In this document: one piece after another, positions 1 through 9,332 of the stretch
Layout: every line of letters begins with the position of its first letter
How positions within the stretch are numbered: position 1 is the stretch's first letter
DNA from: Desulfomonilia bacterium
Lineage (GTDB): Bacteria > Desulfobacterota > Desulfomonilia > UBA1062
Direction of reading: 5' to 3'
Length of the DNA: 64,000 nucleotides
NCBI GenBank assembly: GCA_963664325.2
Contig: CAXXDQ010000002.1
Span: 192,001-256,000 of the forward strand
Position numbers and translations under genes: made by a program
The notes under the pieces: model-generated
The model's database searches: none
Told to the model about the DNA's origin: nothing
What the model saw: only the letters and a program-made list of their open reading frames with translations

Positions 1-146
1 TGGACAAGAATTACTACACAGGCAAAATAGAGGGAGCCAGGTTCTATATCCAGAGAACAACTGCCCTTGTTCCTGCAAAGTGCCAGCTTATGAGCAAAAT
101 CGAAGAAAGCGCACACAGGATCACTGAAGCTCAGTTCGCAGTCTAA
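1..146 (+). CDS. Acyl-CoA dehydrogenase, C-terminal fragment (5' end outside window)
   Basis: Frame from nt 3 reads DKNYYTGKIEGARFYIQRTT...AQFAV*; YxGK..ARF is typical of the C-terminal helix of long acyl-CoA dehydrogenases. Confidence 0.65.
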   Translation, partial: DKNYYTGKIEGARFYIQRTTALVPAKCQLMSKIEESAHRITEAQFAV

Positions 147-163
147 ATTTCTTATCACTGATT

Positions 164-196
164 AAAAAAGGGGGGCTTATATCAGCCCCCTTTTTT
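164..196. terminator. Bidirectional intrinsic terminator
   Basis: AAAAAAGGGGGGCT-TATATC-AGCCCCCTTTTTT between convergent genes. Confidence 0.85.
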
Positions 197-668
197 ATGT
201 AATACCCCTGTAACAGCCGCCATAATCCTTTGTGGTCATTTGTTCGTGGCCGGACAAAAATTCTCCGGAAACCGGTTCACCGATAAAAAGAGTATGGTCT
301 CCTGTTTCAATTGTTTTGACGATTTTAAGGTCAAGATAGCCTATAGCAGATTCGGGCATTAGGTTCCCGATACCGGTACGCCTGGATTTCACTCCTTCGA
401 ACTTGCGCCTCCAATCGGGTATTTTAAATTTTTTCACAAGCAGGGTTTCATCCCTTGGAAGAACTCCTATGGAGAAAGCCCCTCCATTTAATATCTGGCT
501 GTGCGAAAGCCTGCCGTGTCTTATTGCAACAGCAACGAGAGGCGGTTCGTGCGAGCATTGCGTCACCCATGATGCTATCATGGCGTTGTCCTCATGACCG
601 TCCTGTACTGAAACAATGTAAATGCCGTAGGTGAACCTGTCCAAGACATTCTGCCATTCATTATCCAT
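195..668 (-). CDS. Flavin reductase-like (FMN-binding split barrel) protein
   Basis: ASWVTQCSHEPPLV and GDHTLFIGE motifs; GGAGG RBS. Confidence 0.85.
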   Translation of the reverse strand: MDNEWQNVLDRFTYGIYIVSVQDGHEDNAMIASWVTQCSHEPPLVAVAIRHGRLSHSQILNGGAFSIGVLPRDETLLVKKFKIPDWRRKFEGVKSRRTGIGNLMPESAIGYLDLKIVKTIETGDHTLFIGEPVSGEFLSGHEQMTTKDYGGCYRGIT

Positions 669-709
669 ATAGCCTCCGCAGGTATAAATGTTCTATTATA
701 TACTACATT

Positions 710-1372
710 ATGAATGGGATTTTTTGCACTAAGGATTTTACAGAAGGTATGGATGGCTCTTCTGCTTCAATAAGGGAGAAACTTGTAAAAGACCTTGGCT
801 CGGATAAAATATTTACGCTTAACCAGGTGCATGGCGGCCATATTGTCCGGACTTCTGAAATTAAGCATTTTGAAATACCGGAGGCCGACGGTATCATTTC
901 GGAAAATTCAGGAGACATGCTGGTCATACGCAGTGCGGATTGTGTGCCTGTTCTTATTTCATCGGAAGAAGGTGTTTCCGCCGCAGTTCATGCGGGGTGG
1001 AAGGGCCTTGCGTGCGGCATTGTCGGCAAATGCGTATCGATGATGAGAAAGATGGGCGCAATTAATATAGATGTTGCAATAGGTCCTGCAATAGGCCCCT
1101 GTTGCTTCTGTGTAGGGAATGACGTTGCTCGACTGATAGCTTCTCAATCTGCAAGAAGTGAAAACGGCATTGAATATATTGATCTCTGGGAAACGGCAAG
1201 ATATCATGCATTGTCTGCCGGAGTTGAAGGAAATAGAATATCCGTTCTCCGAATCTGTACCTGCTGCAGGGAAAATCTTTTTTTCTCATACCGCAGACAG
1301 GGTGATGCTGCCGGAAGGCAGGTGTCAATTATTGGGGGGAATGCCAAAATATTGCAGGGTTTTCAGGTATGA
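710..1372 (+). CDS. pgeF: YfiH/PgeF (laccase-domain, purine nucleoside phosphorylase/peptidoglycan editing) protein
   Basis: NQVHG, ADCVPV, HAGWKG, GPAIGPCCF, FFSYRR motifs. Confidence 0.85.
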   Translation: MNGIFCTKDFTEGMDGSSASIREKLVKDLGSDKIFTLNQVHGGHIVRTSEIKHFEIPEADGIISENSGDMLVIRSADCVPVLISSEEGVSAAVHAGWKGLACGIVGKCVSMMRKMGAINIDVAIGPAIGPCCFCVGNDVARLIASQSARSENGIEYIDLWETARYHALSAGVEGNRISVLRICTCCRENLFFSYRRQGDAAGRQVSIIGGNAKILQGFQV

Positions 1373-1506
1373 AAAACAGAAATGGTGTGACATATTGCTG
1401 CTGCAAGGCTGTTGGAGATTTATGGGAAAGGGATACAGCCGATCCTGGTATGCTTCTCATCGCAGGATCCATGTTCTGTGAATACATCAGAGAATCGGGA
1501 ATATAA
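1369..1506 (+). CDS. Possible 45-aa small protein (MKNRNGVTYCCCKAVG...)
   Basis: ATGA overlap with pgeF stop; no recognisable family. Confidence 0.3.
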   Translation: MKNRNGVTYCCCKAVGDLWERDTADPGMLLIAGSMFCEYIRESGI

Positions 1507-1549
1507 TCATAATAAAGCTTCAGGCCTTATGAATCTCGAATAATGAAAT

Positions 1550-1584
1550 AAAAAAACCTGCGGTATTCTCTATTACCGCAGGTT
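1550..1584 (-). terminator. Intrinsic terminator after omptin pair
   Basis: AACCTGCGGTA-N8-TACCGCAGGTT hairpin followed by a T-tract on the minus strand. Confidence 0.8.
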
Positions 1585-1645
1585 CCGAATAATGAACTTA
1601 CCCTGAAGAATGGGTTATTAATTATTTTCTGCCGATTATTATCCG

Positions 1646-2599
1646 TTAAAATTTAAACCCTACCGATACGGCGCTTTCAATCTGCTCGCTGAACACATCT
1701 TCATCGATATCTCCCCACCATTCGACAACATCAGCCGTTGCCAACTGATGCTGCGTCTGGGTTCCTGACGTCTGGATCTGCCTGTAACTGAAGTCTAGGC
1801 CTGCAAAGATATGCTTTGTAAAATCATAGGAACAATTGAAACGGACCGCGTTCATGTAACCGTCACAGTCACCTTTACTGATTTTTGACCTTAGAAGGTG
1901 CTTGTCTTCATCTTTGGCATTTACAAATGGTGAAAACTGGTAGGTTAATGCTCCCTTGAATTTTTTTGTATAAAAGTTTACGACGAGTTCCGCATAGGGC
2001 ACCTCGTAAATCACATCATATGTCCCGATCCTGCCGCTTACATAATCATGAAGTACATCAGGATATGGGGGAGACCACTGGTTCAGGTTGCTTGCGACAT
2101 AACTGAAATCCTGCCACAGGTATCCCAACCCTATCTGCATACCCCAGCCCTGATATTTCAGAAACTCAAAATTCAAGTTGGCATCAAATACTTTTGCATC
2201 CAGGTCCACGCTGCTTTCTGAATATACATCAAGAAGATCGGGGGAGCCTATTCCATATGCATAATAGTAATAACCCCAGTCCGAGTCTTCAATTTTCTGC
2301 TTCGGCTCTGAAAGGCTCATTTTATATGAAGCCGCACCGAACAGTCTCCAGTAGCTGGCGGTAAGGTCGGCCGAACCCATTACGACATTCAGCGGCCATG
2401 CGAGTTCGCTTATTGGAAAACGATAATTACCGGAACCTAGTTGAGGGCTTTCGAAATTCCCCCCTATCCGGTAAGTGGTCTCCCCTTGAAGGTATCCGAT
2501 TCCGGCTGATAGCCTGACATCGGGTCTTTCGGCAAAAGCGTTTTGAGCCAGCCCGAAGACAAACAAAAAAGCCAGGTAAGCAACAGTTGTCTTTCTCAT
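1646..2599 (-). CDS. Omptin-family outer membrane protease (paralog 1)
   Basis: Signal peptide, ISELAWP, DSDW, DEDKH, C-terminal GFKF beta-signal. Confidence 0.75.
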   Translation of the reverse strand: MRKTTVAYLAFLFVFGLAQNAFAERPDVRLSAGIGYLQGETTYRIGGNFESPQLGSGNYRFPISELAWPLNVVMGSADLTASYWRLFGAASYKMSLSEPKQKIEDSDWGYYYYAYGIGSPDLLDVYSESSVDLDAKVFDANLNFEFLKYQGWGMQIGLGYLWQDFSYVASNLNQWSPPYPDVLHDYVSGRIGTYDVIYEVPYAELVVNFYTKKFKGALTYQFSPFVNAKDEDKHLLRSKISKGDCDGYMNAVRFNCSYDFTKHIFAGLDFSYRQIQTSGTQTQHQLATADVVEWWGDIDEDVFSEQIESAVSVGFKF

Positions 2600-2746
2600 A
2601 AATAACGCCCCCTCTTGTGAGGAACTTTATTCCTTAACACTACTATCGGAATTTTCATGTTTAAAGCTTTAAGATTTATTTATTAATCTATAAATTATTT
2701 TATCTGATTATTAAATGTGATTCCAATAAAATATCGTAACTTCTGA

Positions 2747-3733
2747 TCAGAAATGCAATCCTGCATATATGGAAAGGCCAAGTTGAGAACTGGATATTTC
2801 CTGCTCTATTTTTACGGAATACCCGGGTCCTGTCTGTTTCTGCTTGCCTTCGGAATATATATAAAGATAGTCCACCCGGTTTCCGGCATAAAGATACTTT
2901 GTGAAAAAATATTTTATATCAATATTTGTCTTTAAAAACATACCGGTACAGTCACCTTTTGATATTTTATCCGTAAGGATATGATTATCATAATCCTTGG
3001 CGGATACAAAAGGCGAGAGCCCCAGATCACTGCTGACAACAAGTTTCTTTACAGGTTTGAAGCCGAAATTAAATTTTAAATACGGGATGTTATAGGTAAC
3101 ATTATATTCAAGAACTCTTCCATGTTGATAAAGATGGTAAGGGTAGACACCATATTTTTTCCCTGCGTTGGTATTGCCGAAGTAACTGAAATATGATGGA
3201 TACCACTGGTCGAGATCGGAGACGGTAAAATCGAAATACTGCTGCAAGAATCCAAGGGCGATAAGCATTGAGAATTTTGGTTTATTAACAATTTTACAAC
3301 CTATGTTTATGTCCCATATTGTAGCATCAAGTTCAGCATTGCTTTCCGAATAGATATCAAGTGAATCGGATGACGTCTGTGGTAATTCCGAATGACAACC
3401 GTAGTAAAGGTAGCCCCAGTCCGAGTCTTTCATTTTACCAGTATCCGCCGACAGATTCTTGTTTAAAGACCCTTCGATCCTGAGTAAATTCGCAAATTCG
3501 ATTGCACCTTTAACCGATAAATATTCAGAATCAAGTGGGAATTCCAGTTCACTGATGGGAAAGCGAAATGATCCCGAATTGTTGTTTACAGTACAGTCAC
3601 CGCCAATCTGGTATTTTGTATATCCGCTCAATAGAATCAGGGATGCGTCAATTTCCGATATGACTTCGGCCCTTGAGGGAATTGCATCAGCAAATAAAAG
3701 TATCAAAATCAATATAAATTGAAGCCGGTGCAT
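2747..3733 (-). CDS. Omptin-family outer membrane protease (paralog 2)
   Basis: Start reassigned to ATG 3733 (GGAGAGG RBS, signal peptide); ISELEFP, DSDW, DYDNH, C-terminal GLHF. Confidence 0.75.
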   Translation of the reverse strand: MHRLQFILILILLFADAIPSRAEVISEIDASLILLSGYTKYQIGGDCTVNNNSGSFRFPISELEFPLDSEYLSVKGAIEFANLLRIEGSLNKNLSADTGKMKDSDWGYLYYGCHSELPQTSSDSLDIYSESNAELDATIWDINIGCKIVNKPKFSMLIALGFLQQYFDFTVSDLDQWYPSYFSYFGNTNAGKKYGVYPYHLYQHGRVLEYNVTYNIPYLKFNFGFKPVKKLVVSSDLGLSPFVSAKDYDNHILTDKISKGDCTGMFLKTNIDIKYFFTKYLYAGNRVDYLYIYSEGKQKQTGPGYSVKIEQEISSSQLGLSIYAGLHF

Positions 3734-3904
3734 TGTTCCAACCTCTCCGAATGATAAGCTGATTGATAAAGAACATTTCATCAAATACAACAGATTTGCA
3801 GCAAATGGCTATTTAGAAAAAATCGAAGGTCTTTTTCATTGATTTATGCTTGTATTATTGATATGGATAACGTTCTTAAAATTTACGATAACAATTAGGA
3901 AATT

Positions 3905-5194
3905 ATGCAAGCTAAGGCTATAAAAAAATACGGGAATTTCAGTGGAGAAGGCATTGCATCCGACACACAGCTAAGAGTATGCATACTTACCTACCGCGGT
4001 AATCCCTCTTCAGGCGGACAGGGTGTTTACGTCAGGAGAATCAGCAGGGCGCTGAAAGATCTCGGTCACAGTGTGGATGTCGTTGCCGGTCCTCCTTATC
4101 CTATCCTTGATGAAGATATAATATTACATAAATTGCCAAGTCTTGATTTATACAATCCCGATGCCCTGTTCAGGACACCCGGGATCAGCGAACTCAAATC
4201 CCCGATAAATCTGCTCGAATGGATGCTTCTCAGTTCAGGCGGTTTTCCTGAGCCTTTCACTTTCAGCCTCAGGGCATATTCATTCCTGAAAAAAAACAGA
4301 CATCGTTATGACGTCGTCCATGACAACCAGTGTCTTGCCTATGGCATGCTCGGGATTAAAAAGTTGCTCCCTCTTGTGACGACGATACATCACCCGATTA
4401 CAAAAGACAGAGATATTGAAGTGGGTGCCCAGCCGAATATACTGAGGAAAGTGCAAAAATGGCGGTGGTATTCTTTCCTGGGCATGCAGAAGAGGGTTGC
4501 AAGAAATCTGGGGCATCTCATTACTGTCTCGGAGGCATCGAAAAAGGATATAAGCCTGGATTTCAAGGTTGACTCAACAAATTTCAATGTTGTGCCCAAT
4601 GGTATTAATACCGAGATATTCTATCCTATACCCGGAAATATACGTCCCGATAACCGCCTGATTGTAACAAACAGTGCTGACACGCCTCTTAAAGGCCTGA
4701 AATATCTTTTGCATGCAGTCGACAGGATTCGCAGGAAACGGGATATTCATTTGACTGTGATCGGCAAACCGAAGCCGGACGGTGCGATTGAACGACAGGT
4801 AAGGGATCTGAACTTGAAGGATGTGATAACATTTACGGGTCGTATAGATGAAAGTGAATTTGCCAGATACTACGCTAACAGCACGATTGCGCTGGTTCCG
4901 TCCATATATGAAGGGTTCGGGCTGCCGGCAGGAGAGGCGATGGCATGCGCCGTCCCGGTAATAAGCACAACCGGAGGGGCACTGCCTGAAGTTGTAGGAG
5001 ATGCCGGGTTGCTTGTTCCGCCTGCTGACGATTTGGCACTTGAAAAAGCTATAATAACTCTGTTAGACAATCCCGGCATGTGCCATAAGCTCGCAAAGGC
5101 GGGATATGAAAGGGTCATCAGGAATTTCACCTGGGAAAACACAGCTCTCGCAACGACGGATGTTTATAAAGAGGCAATATATGCTGACAGTTGA
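3905..5194 (+). CDS. GT4 glycosyltransferase, ManT-like (alpha-1,4-mannosyltransferase of the MMP pathway)
   Basis: YEGFGLPAGEA GT-B motif; GGQGVYVR, PSLDLY, GFPEP.TFS.RA, DVVHDNQCL, HHPIT.D match ManT-type proteins as recalled. Confidence 0.8.
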   Translation: MQAKAIKKYGNFSGEGIASDTQLRVCILTYRGNPSSGGQGVYVRRISRALKDLGHSVDVVAGPPYPILDEDIILHKLPSLDLYNPDALFRTPGISELKSPINLLEWMLLSSGGFPEPFTFSLRAYSFLKKNRHRYDVVHDNQCLAYGMLGIKKLLPLVTTIHHPITKDRDIEVGAQPNILRKVQKWRWYSFLGMQKRVARNLGHLITVSEASKKDISLDFKVDSTNFNVVPNGINTEIFYPIPGNIRPDNRLIVTNSADTPLKGLKYLLHAVDRIRRKRDIHLTVIGKPKPDGAIERQVRDLNLKDVITFTGRIDESEFARYYANSTIALVPSIYEGFGLPAGEAMACAVPVISTTGGALPEVVGDAGLLVPPADDLALEKAIITLLDNPGMCHKLAKAGYERVIRNFTWENTALATTDVYKEAIYADS

Positions 5195-5894
5195 TTACAA
5201 AAGGCTTGATCTGCCGCCCGGCTCGTGGGTTCTTGATGCCGGATGCGGAGGAGGCCGCCACCTCAGCGAGGCGTTCAGGTACAAGAATGTCCATGTCGTG
5301 GGAATCGACATGAACAGGGAAGATGCAACAAAGGCAAAGAACACGCTTAAGATAATGCGCCATGAGGGTGAGGACGGAGGCGGTATAGGCCACGTCTCCA
5401 TAAGTGATATAACGAAGCTGCCTTTCGCAGATGCCTCTTTCGATTGTGTAATCTGCTCGGAAGTGCTCGAGCATATCCCCGAACATGAAAAGGCCATCAG
5501 CGAAATATTAAGGGTGTTAAAAACCGGGAAATCACTTACTGTAAGCGTTCCACGTTATTTCCCGGAAAGAATATGCTGGGCCCTTTCACGCGAATACCAC
5601 AATGAAACAGGCGGGCATGTCCGTATATATAAAAGAAATGAACTGATAAAGATGCTGGAAGATGCGGGAGCAAAACTTGTAGGTTCGGGTTGGGCTCATG
5701 CGCTTCACAGTCCGTACTGGTGGATAAAATGTATGGTCGGCCACAAGAATGACGATGCATGGCCTGTGAGGCTCTATCATAAATTTCTCGTATGGGATAT
5801 TATGAAGAAACCGTTTCTGACCAGGTTTCTGGACAGAATCCTTAATCCTGTAATTGCCAAGAGCGTTGTTCTTTATCTGACGAAAGGTGAGTAA
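5181..5894 (+). CDS. Class I SAM methyltransferase, like the putative 3-O-methyltransferase of MMP clusters
   Basis: Start MLTVDY at 5181 (GAGG RBS); LDAGCGGGRH, SEVLEHIP, ICWALS.EYH...GGHVRIY, HALHSPYWW.KC. Confidence 0.8.
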   Translation: MLTVDYKRLDLPPGSWVLDAGCGGGRHLSEAFRYKNVHVVGIDMNREDATKAKNTLKIMRHEGEDGGGIGHVSISDITKLPFADASFDCVICSEVLEHIPEHEKAISEILRVLKTGKSLTVSVPRYFPERICWALSREYHNETGGHVRIYKRNELIKMLEDAGAKLVGSGWAHALHSPYWWIKCMVGHKNDDAWPVRLYHKFLVWDIMKKPFLTRFLDRILNPVIAKSVVLYLTKGE

Positions 5895-5895
5895 C

Positions 5896-7008
5896 ATGGG
5901 TGTTGTAACTTCAATGGCTGTGCACGGTCATGCGGTTGATATGAATCTGCTGGCGGATTCCATTCTGAATCTGCAGCTTGCAACAGGTGAAATTCCCTGG
6001 CACAAGGGCGGGAAAACAGACCCCTGGGATCATGTTGAAGCAGCGATGGGGCTTTCCATAGCCGGTTCAATGGATGAGGCCAAGAAGGCTTATGAATGGA
6101 TGGCCGATTTTCAGAACGATGACGGAAGCTGGTATTCCGCTTATAAAAACGGTGAACCCGAGGACAGGACAAAGGAATCAAACATGTCCTCATATATCGC
6201 GGTAGGGGTTTTCCATCACTACATGATTACCAGAGACAAGCAGTTCCTGCGAAGCATGTGGGCTACGGTGAACAGAGGGATCGACTTTTCACTGGGCATG
6301 CAAACGCCGAGCGGAGAGATATACTGGGCGAGAAATCCGGAAGATCAAATTGATACGATGGCGCTCCTGACCGGTTCCAGTTCCATCTTTTTAAGCATCA
6401 GGTGCGCCCTTGCAATTGCCTATATCCTCGGCAAAAGCAGGCCGCAATGGGAAAAGGCTATGGTAAGACTGAGGGATGCCATACGTTTCAGACCCCACCT
6501 TTTTAACTGCGAAAAGGCCAGATATTCCATGGACTGGTATTATCCGGTTCTGTCGGGAGCCATGACGGGGCTTCAGGCAATCAAACGAATTGAGAAATCA
6601 TGGGACACGTTTGCCGTTGAAGGACTTGGCATCAGATGCGTTTCAGACAGGCCCTGGGTTACGATGGCCGAGACCTCCGAGCTTACACTCGCCCTTGCCG
6701 GAATGGGGAAAAGGGATCTGGCAGCACATGTTTTTTCCTGGATAAGCGATAAGCGCTTTGAGGACGGAACATACTGGTGCGGAGTAACATTCCCTGACGG
6801 CGTCATCTGGCCCGAGGATAAAATAACATGGACCAATGCGGTTGTCATGATGGCGCATGATGCCCTTATGGGTATTACAGCCGGTTCAAATATATTCAGC
6901 CATTCGTTCTGGGAAAGTACCGCCATTTCACAGCGCCACAGAAGTTTATTCATGGGGGAAAGCCTGAGAATAGAAAGTTCTGATCATACAGCAGAGATGA
7001 GAGGCTAG
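5896..7008 (+). CDS. (alpha/alpha)-barrel protein usually auto-annotated 'prenyltransferase'; MmpH-like glycoside hydrolase
   Basis: IPW..GG.TDPWDHVE, ALLTGSSSI, RYSMDWYYPVL, RCVSDRPWVT.AE; AGGTGA RBS before ATG 5896. Confidence 0.7.
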   Translation: MGVVTSMAVHGHAVDMNLLADSILNLQLATGEIPWHKGGKTDPWDHVEAAMGLSIAGSMDEAKKAYEWMADFQNDDGSWYSAYKNGEPEDRTKESNMSSYIAVGVFHHYMITRDKQFLRSMWATVNRGIDFSLGMQTPSGEIYWARNPEDQIDTMALLTGSSSIFLSIRCALAIAYILGKSRPQWEKAMVRLRDAIRFRPHLFNCEKARYSMDWYYPVLSGAMTGLQAIKRIEKSWDTFAVEGLGIRCVSDRPWVTMAETSELTLALAGMGKRDLAAHVFSWISDKRFEDGTYWCGVTFPDGVIWPEDKITWTNAVVMMAHDALMGITAGSNIFSHSFWESTAISQRHRSLFMGESLRIESSDHTAEMRG

Positions 7009-7015
7009 GCTTAAA

Positions 7016-7738
7016 TTGATAAAGGATCACAGGCCTTATTACATCAAGAAGCTCGACCTCTGGTTCAGGGATTTTTATGTCGAGCGTTTTATAAAACCGC
7101 AGCTTGAATATCTCGGGGACGGCTACACATTCATGAAGCCCTGGCATGTCCATGTATTCGGCGGGCCCATAAGAATCGGGGAATGTGTCAATGTAATCTC
7201 GGCCCCTGATTACACGGTAAGGTTTACCATCTGGCCTGAAAACAAAGGGATGGGGAGCATTACGATCGGCAGCTATTGCCTTATATGCCCCGGGGTGAGA
7301 ATAAGTTCTGCAAACAAGGTGGTTATCGGCGATGACTGCATGATTGCAGGCAAGGCATACATTACCGATTCAGACTGGCATGGGATATATGACAGGGTAA
7401 CGTCAATGGGAAGGACTGCACCGGTGACAATCGGTAATAATGTATGGGTCGGTGACAGCGTCACCGTCTGCAAGGGTGTTACAATCGGTGATAACAGCGT
7501 TATCGGCGCAGGTTCCGTGGTCACGAAAGACATCCCTGCCGATTGCATAGCGGCGGGGAATCCGGCAAAAAAGATCAGGGATATTGACCCGGCAAAAAAC
7601 ATTCACAAACGTTCAGACTGGTTCTCTGACAGGGAAAGGCTTGAAATGGAACACGACGAACTTGACAGGAAGATGCTGAAGAATAATTCAATTCTGGGCT
7701 GGTTCAGGTCCATGGCATTTCCGAAAAGGGGCGACTGA
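7016..7738 (+). CDS. Hexapeptide-repeat (LbH) O-acyltransferase, maltose/galactoside acetyltransferase-like
   Basis: ITDSDWH, VTIGNNVWVG, GVTIGDNSVIGAGSVVTKD, GNPAK. Confidence 0.85.
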   Translation: MIKDHRPYYIKKLDLWFRDFYVERFIKPQLEYLGDGYTFMKPWHVHVFGGPIRIGECVNVISAPDYTVRFTIWPENKGMGSITIGSYCLICPGVRISSANKVVIGDDCMIAGKAYITDSDWHGIYDRVTSMGRTAPVTIGNNVWVGDSVTVCKGVTIGDNSVIGAGSVVTKDIPADCIAAGNPAKKIRDIDPAKNIHKRSDWFSDRERLEMEHDELDRKMLKNNSILGWFRSMAFPKRGD

Positions 7739-9324
7739 TGAGAGTCGCCATTGTCGCATCACCCTATCCGCTGGAAGAAGCGCCATCACCTCCGCTTGGC
7801 ATATGCTATGTGGCGGCGGCTTGTGAAGAGGCCGGAGCTGATGTAACGATACTGGATTACATCGTAAGAAAATATTCCCCTCTTAAGCTTGCAGCGGAAA
7901 TGGACGCCTTCAGGCCGGACGTTATCGGAGCAAACTCTGTCACCTTGAATTTCAAGGGCGCAGCGGCCATAATGCAGGATGCTAAGAGGCATAACCCGGA
8001 TGTGATTACCATGATGGGCGGTCCGCATGTGTCGTTTGATGCGGCAAGTACGTTGAGAAAATATCCCGAGATCGACCTCATCGTGATAGGCGAGGGGGAG
8101 GAAACGCTGAAAGAGCTGCTGCCGGTCATACAGAACCGTTCAAGATGGGAGCATGTGGCGGGAATAGCCTTCAGGAAGGATGGGGAAATAGTATTCACCG
8201 GAAGGCGGGAGTTGATCCACGACCTTGACACCCTGCCGAAACCGGCAAGGCATCTTCTGCCCATGAGCCGTTATCAGGCGCTCGGTTTCCCGGTAAGCAT
8301 CATAACCAGCCGGGGCTGCCCGAACCAGTGCATATTCTGCCTCGGCAGGAAAATGGTCGGGTACAAGCTGCGCTACCGCTCTCCCAAACTAGTGGTGGAC
8401 GAGGTGGAAGAGATTCTTTCCTACGGGTTTACGCGCATAAACATTGCTGACGACCTTTTCACATCGAACAAGGACAGGGTGAGAATATTCTGTGACGAGA
8501 TAAAAAAACGCGGGATCAAATTTACATGGACCGCATTTTCCCGCGTCAACACGGTCGATGAAGAAGTCCTTGCCATGATGAAGGAGACTGGCTGCGATAC
8601 GGTCAGCTTCGGGATCGAGACCGGCAATACGGAAATGATCAAGCGGATCAAGAAGGGTATAACGCTTGAGCAGGCCAGAAAAGCGGTTCAGGCATGCCGC
8701 AAGACGGGCGTCACACCTCATGCATCCTTTGTGATCGGCCTGCCAGGCGAGACCTGGGAGTCGATCAATGACACCAAAAAGTTTGCTGAAAGCTTAAATA
8801 TTGATTACGGCTATCACCTCCTGGCGCCTTTCCCGGGCACCACAATCTGGGAAGAGACCGACAAGTTCGACATCGAGATATTGACGGATGATTTTGACCT
8901 TTATGATGCAAACCATGCGATTGTCAAAACCTCGGCGCTAACACCCAAAGACATTGAAAACTTTATGAACGAACACCTGCATGTCCACGAGGAAATCTGG
9001 AAAGAGGTTGTCCGCCGTGTAGATGAAGGCATATCGACGGAATATGAATGGCTCCGCGTGGTAGGCCACAAGCGCATGAACCTTGTTTTCAAGATGCTGA
9101 ACGGCGACCTTGTTGAAGAACTTGGAAATTTCGATGAAAGCCGGGCCTGCATGGAAGGTCTGACAGCAAGAATTGCAGCGGCGACGGATACGAGTCTTGA
9201 ACTGACAGAGCAGACGCTCAAATCACTCAACAATGAAGGCTTTATCAAATCCCGCCAGACATCATCCGGGATTCAATGGTTCTGGACATTCAATAAATTC
9301 TCGGACTATCCGCCCGAGTTATAA
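7738..9324 (+). CDS. Cobalamin-dependent radical SAM protein (class B methyltransferase-like)
   Basis: N-terminal B12-binding domain (PPLGI, GGPH, GEGE) plus SRGCPNQCIFC CxxxCxxC; overlaps the upstream stop. Confidence 0.9.
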   Translation: MRVAIVASPYPLEEAPSPPLGICYVAAACEEAGADVTILDYIVRKYSPLKLAAEMDAFRPDVIGANSVTLNFKGAAAIMQDAKRHNPDVITMMGGPHVSFDAASTLRKYPEIDLIVIGEGEETLKELLPVIQNRSRWEHVAGIAFRKDGEIVFTGRRELIHDLDTLPKPARHLLPMSRYQALGFPVSIITSRGCPNQCIFCLGRKMVGYKLRYRSPKLVVDEVEEILSYGFTRINIADDLFTSNKDRVRIFCDEIKKRGIKFTWTAFSRVNTVDEEVLAMMKETGCDTVSFGIETGNTEMIKRIKKGITLEQARKAVQACRKTGVTPHASFVIGLPGETWESINDTKKFAESLNIDYGYHLLAPFPGTTIWEETDKFDIEILTDDFDLYDANHAIVKTSALTPKDIENFMNEHLHVHEEIWKEVVRRVDEGISTEYEWLRVVGHKRMNLVFKMLNGDLVEELGNFDESRACMEGLTARIAAATDTSLELTEQTLKSLNNEGFIKSRQTSSGIQWFWTFNKFSDYPPEL

Positions 9325-9332
9325 AATATTTC

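Noticed and set aside
5896-7008. Prenyltransferase or squalene-hopene cyclase (terpene cluster) reading
   Set aside because: No DXDD motif, too short for a cyclase, and the motifs and context fit an MmpH-like glycoside hydrolase better.
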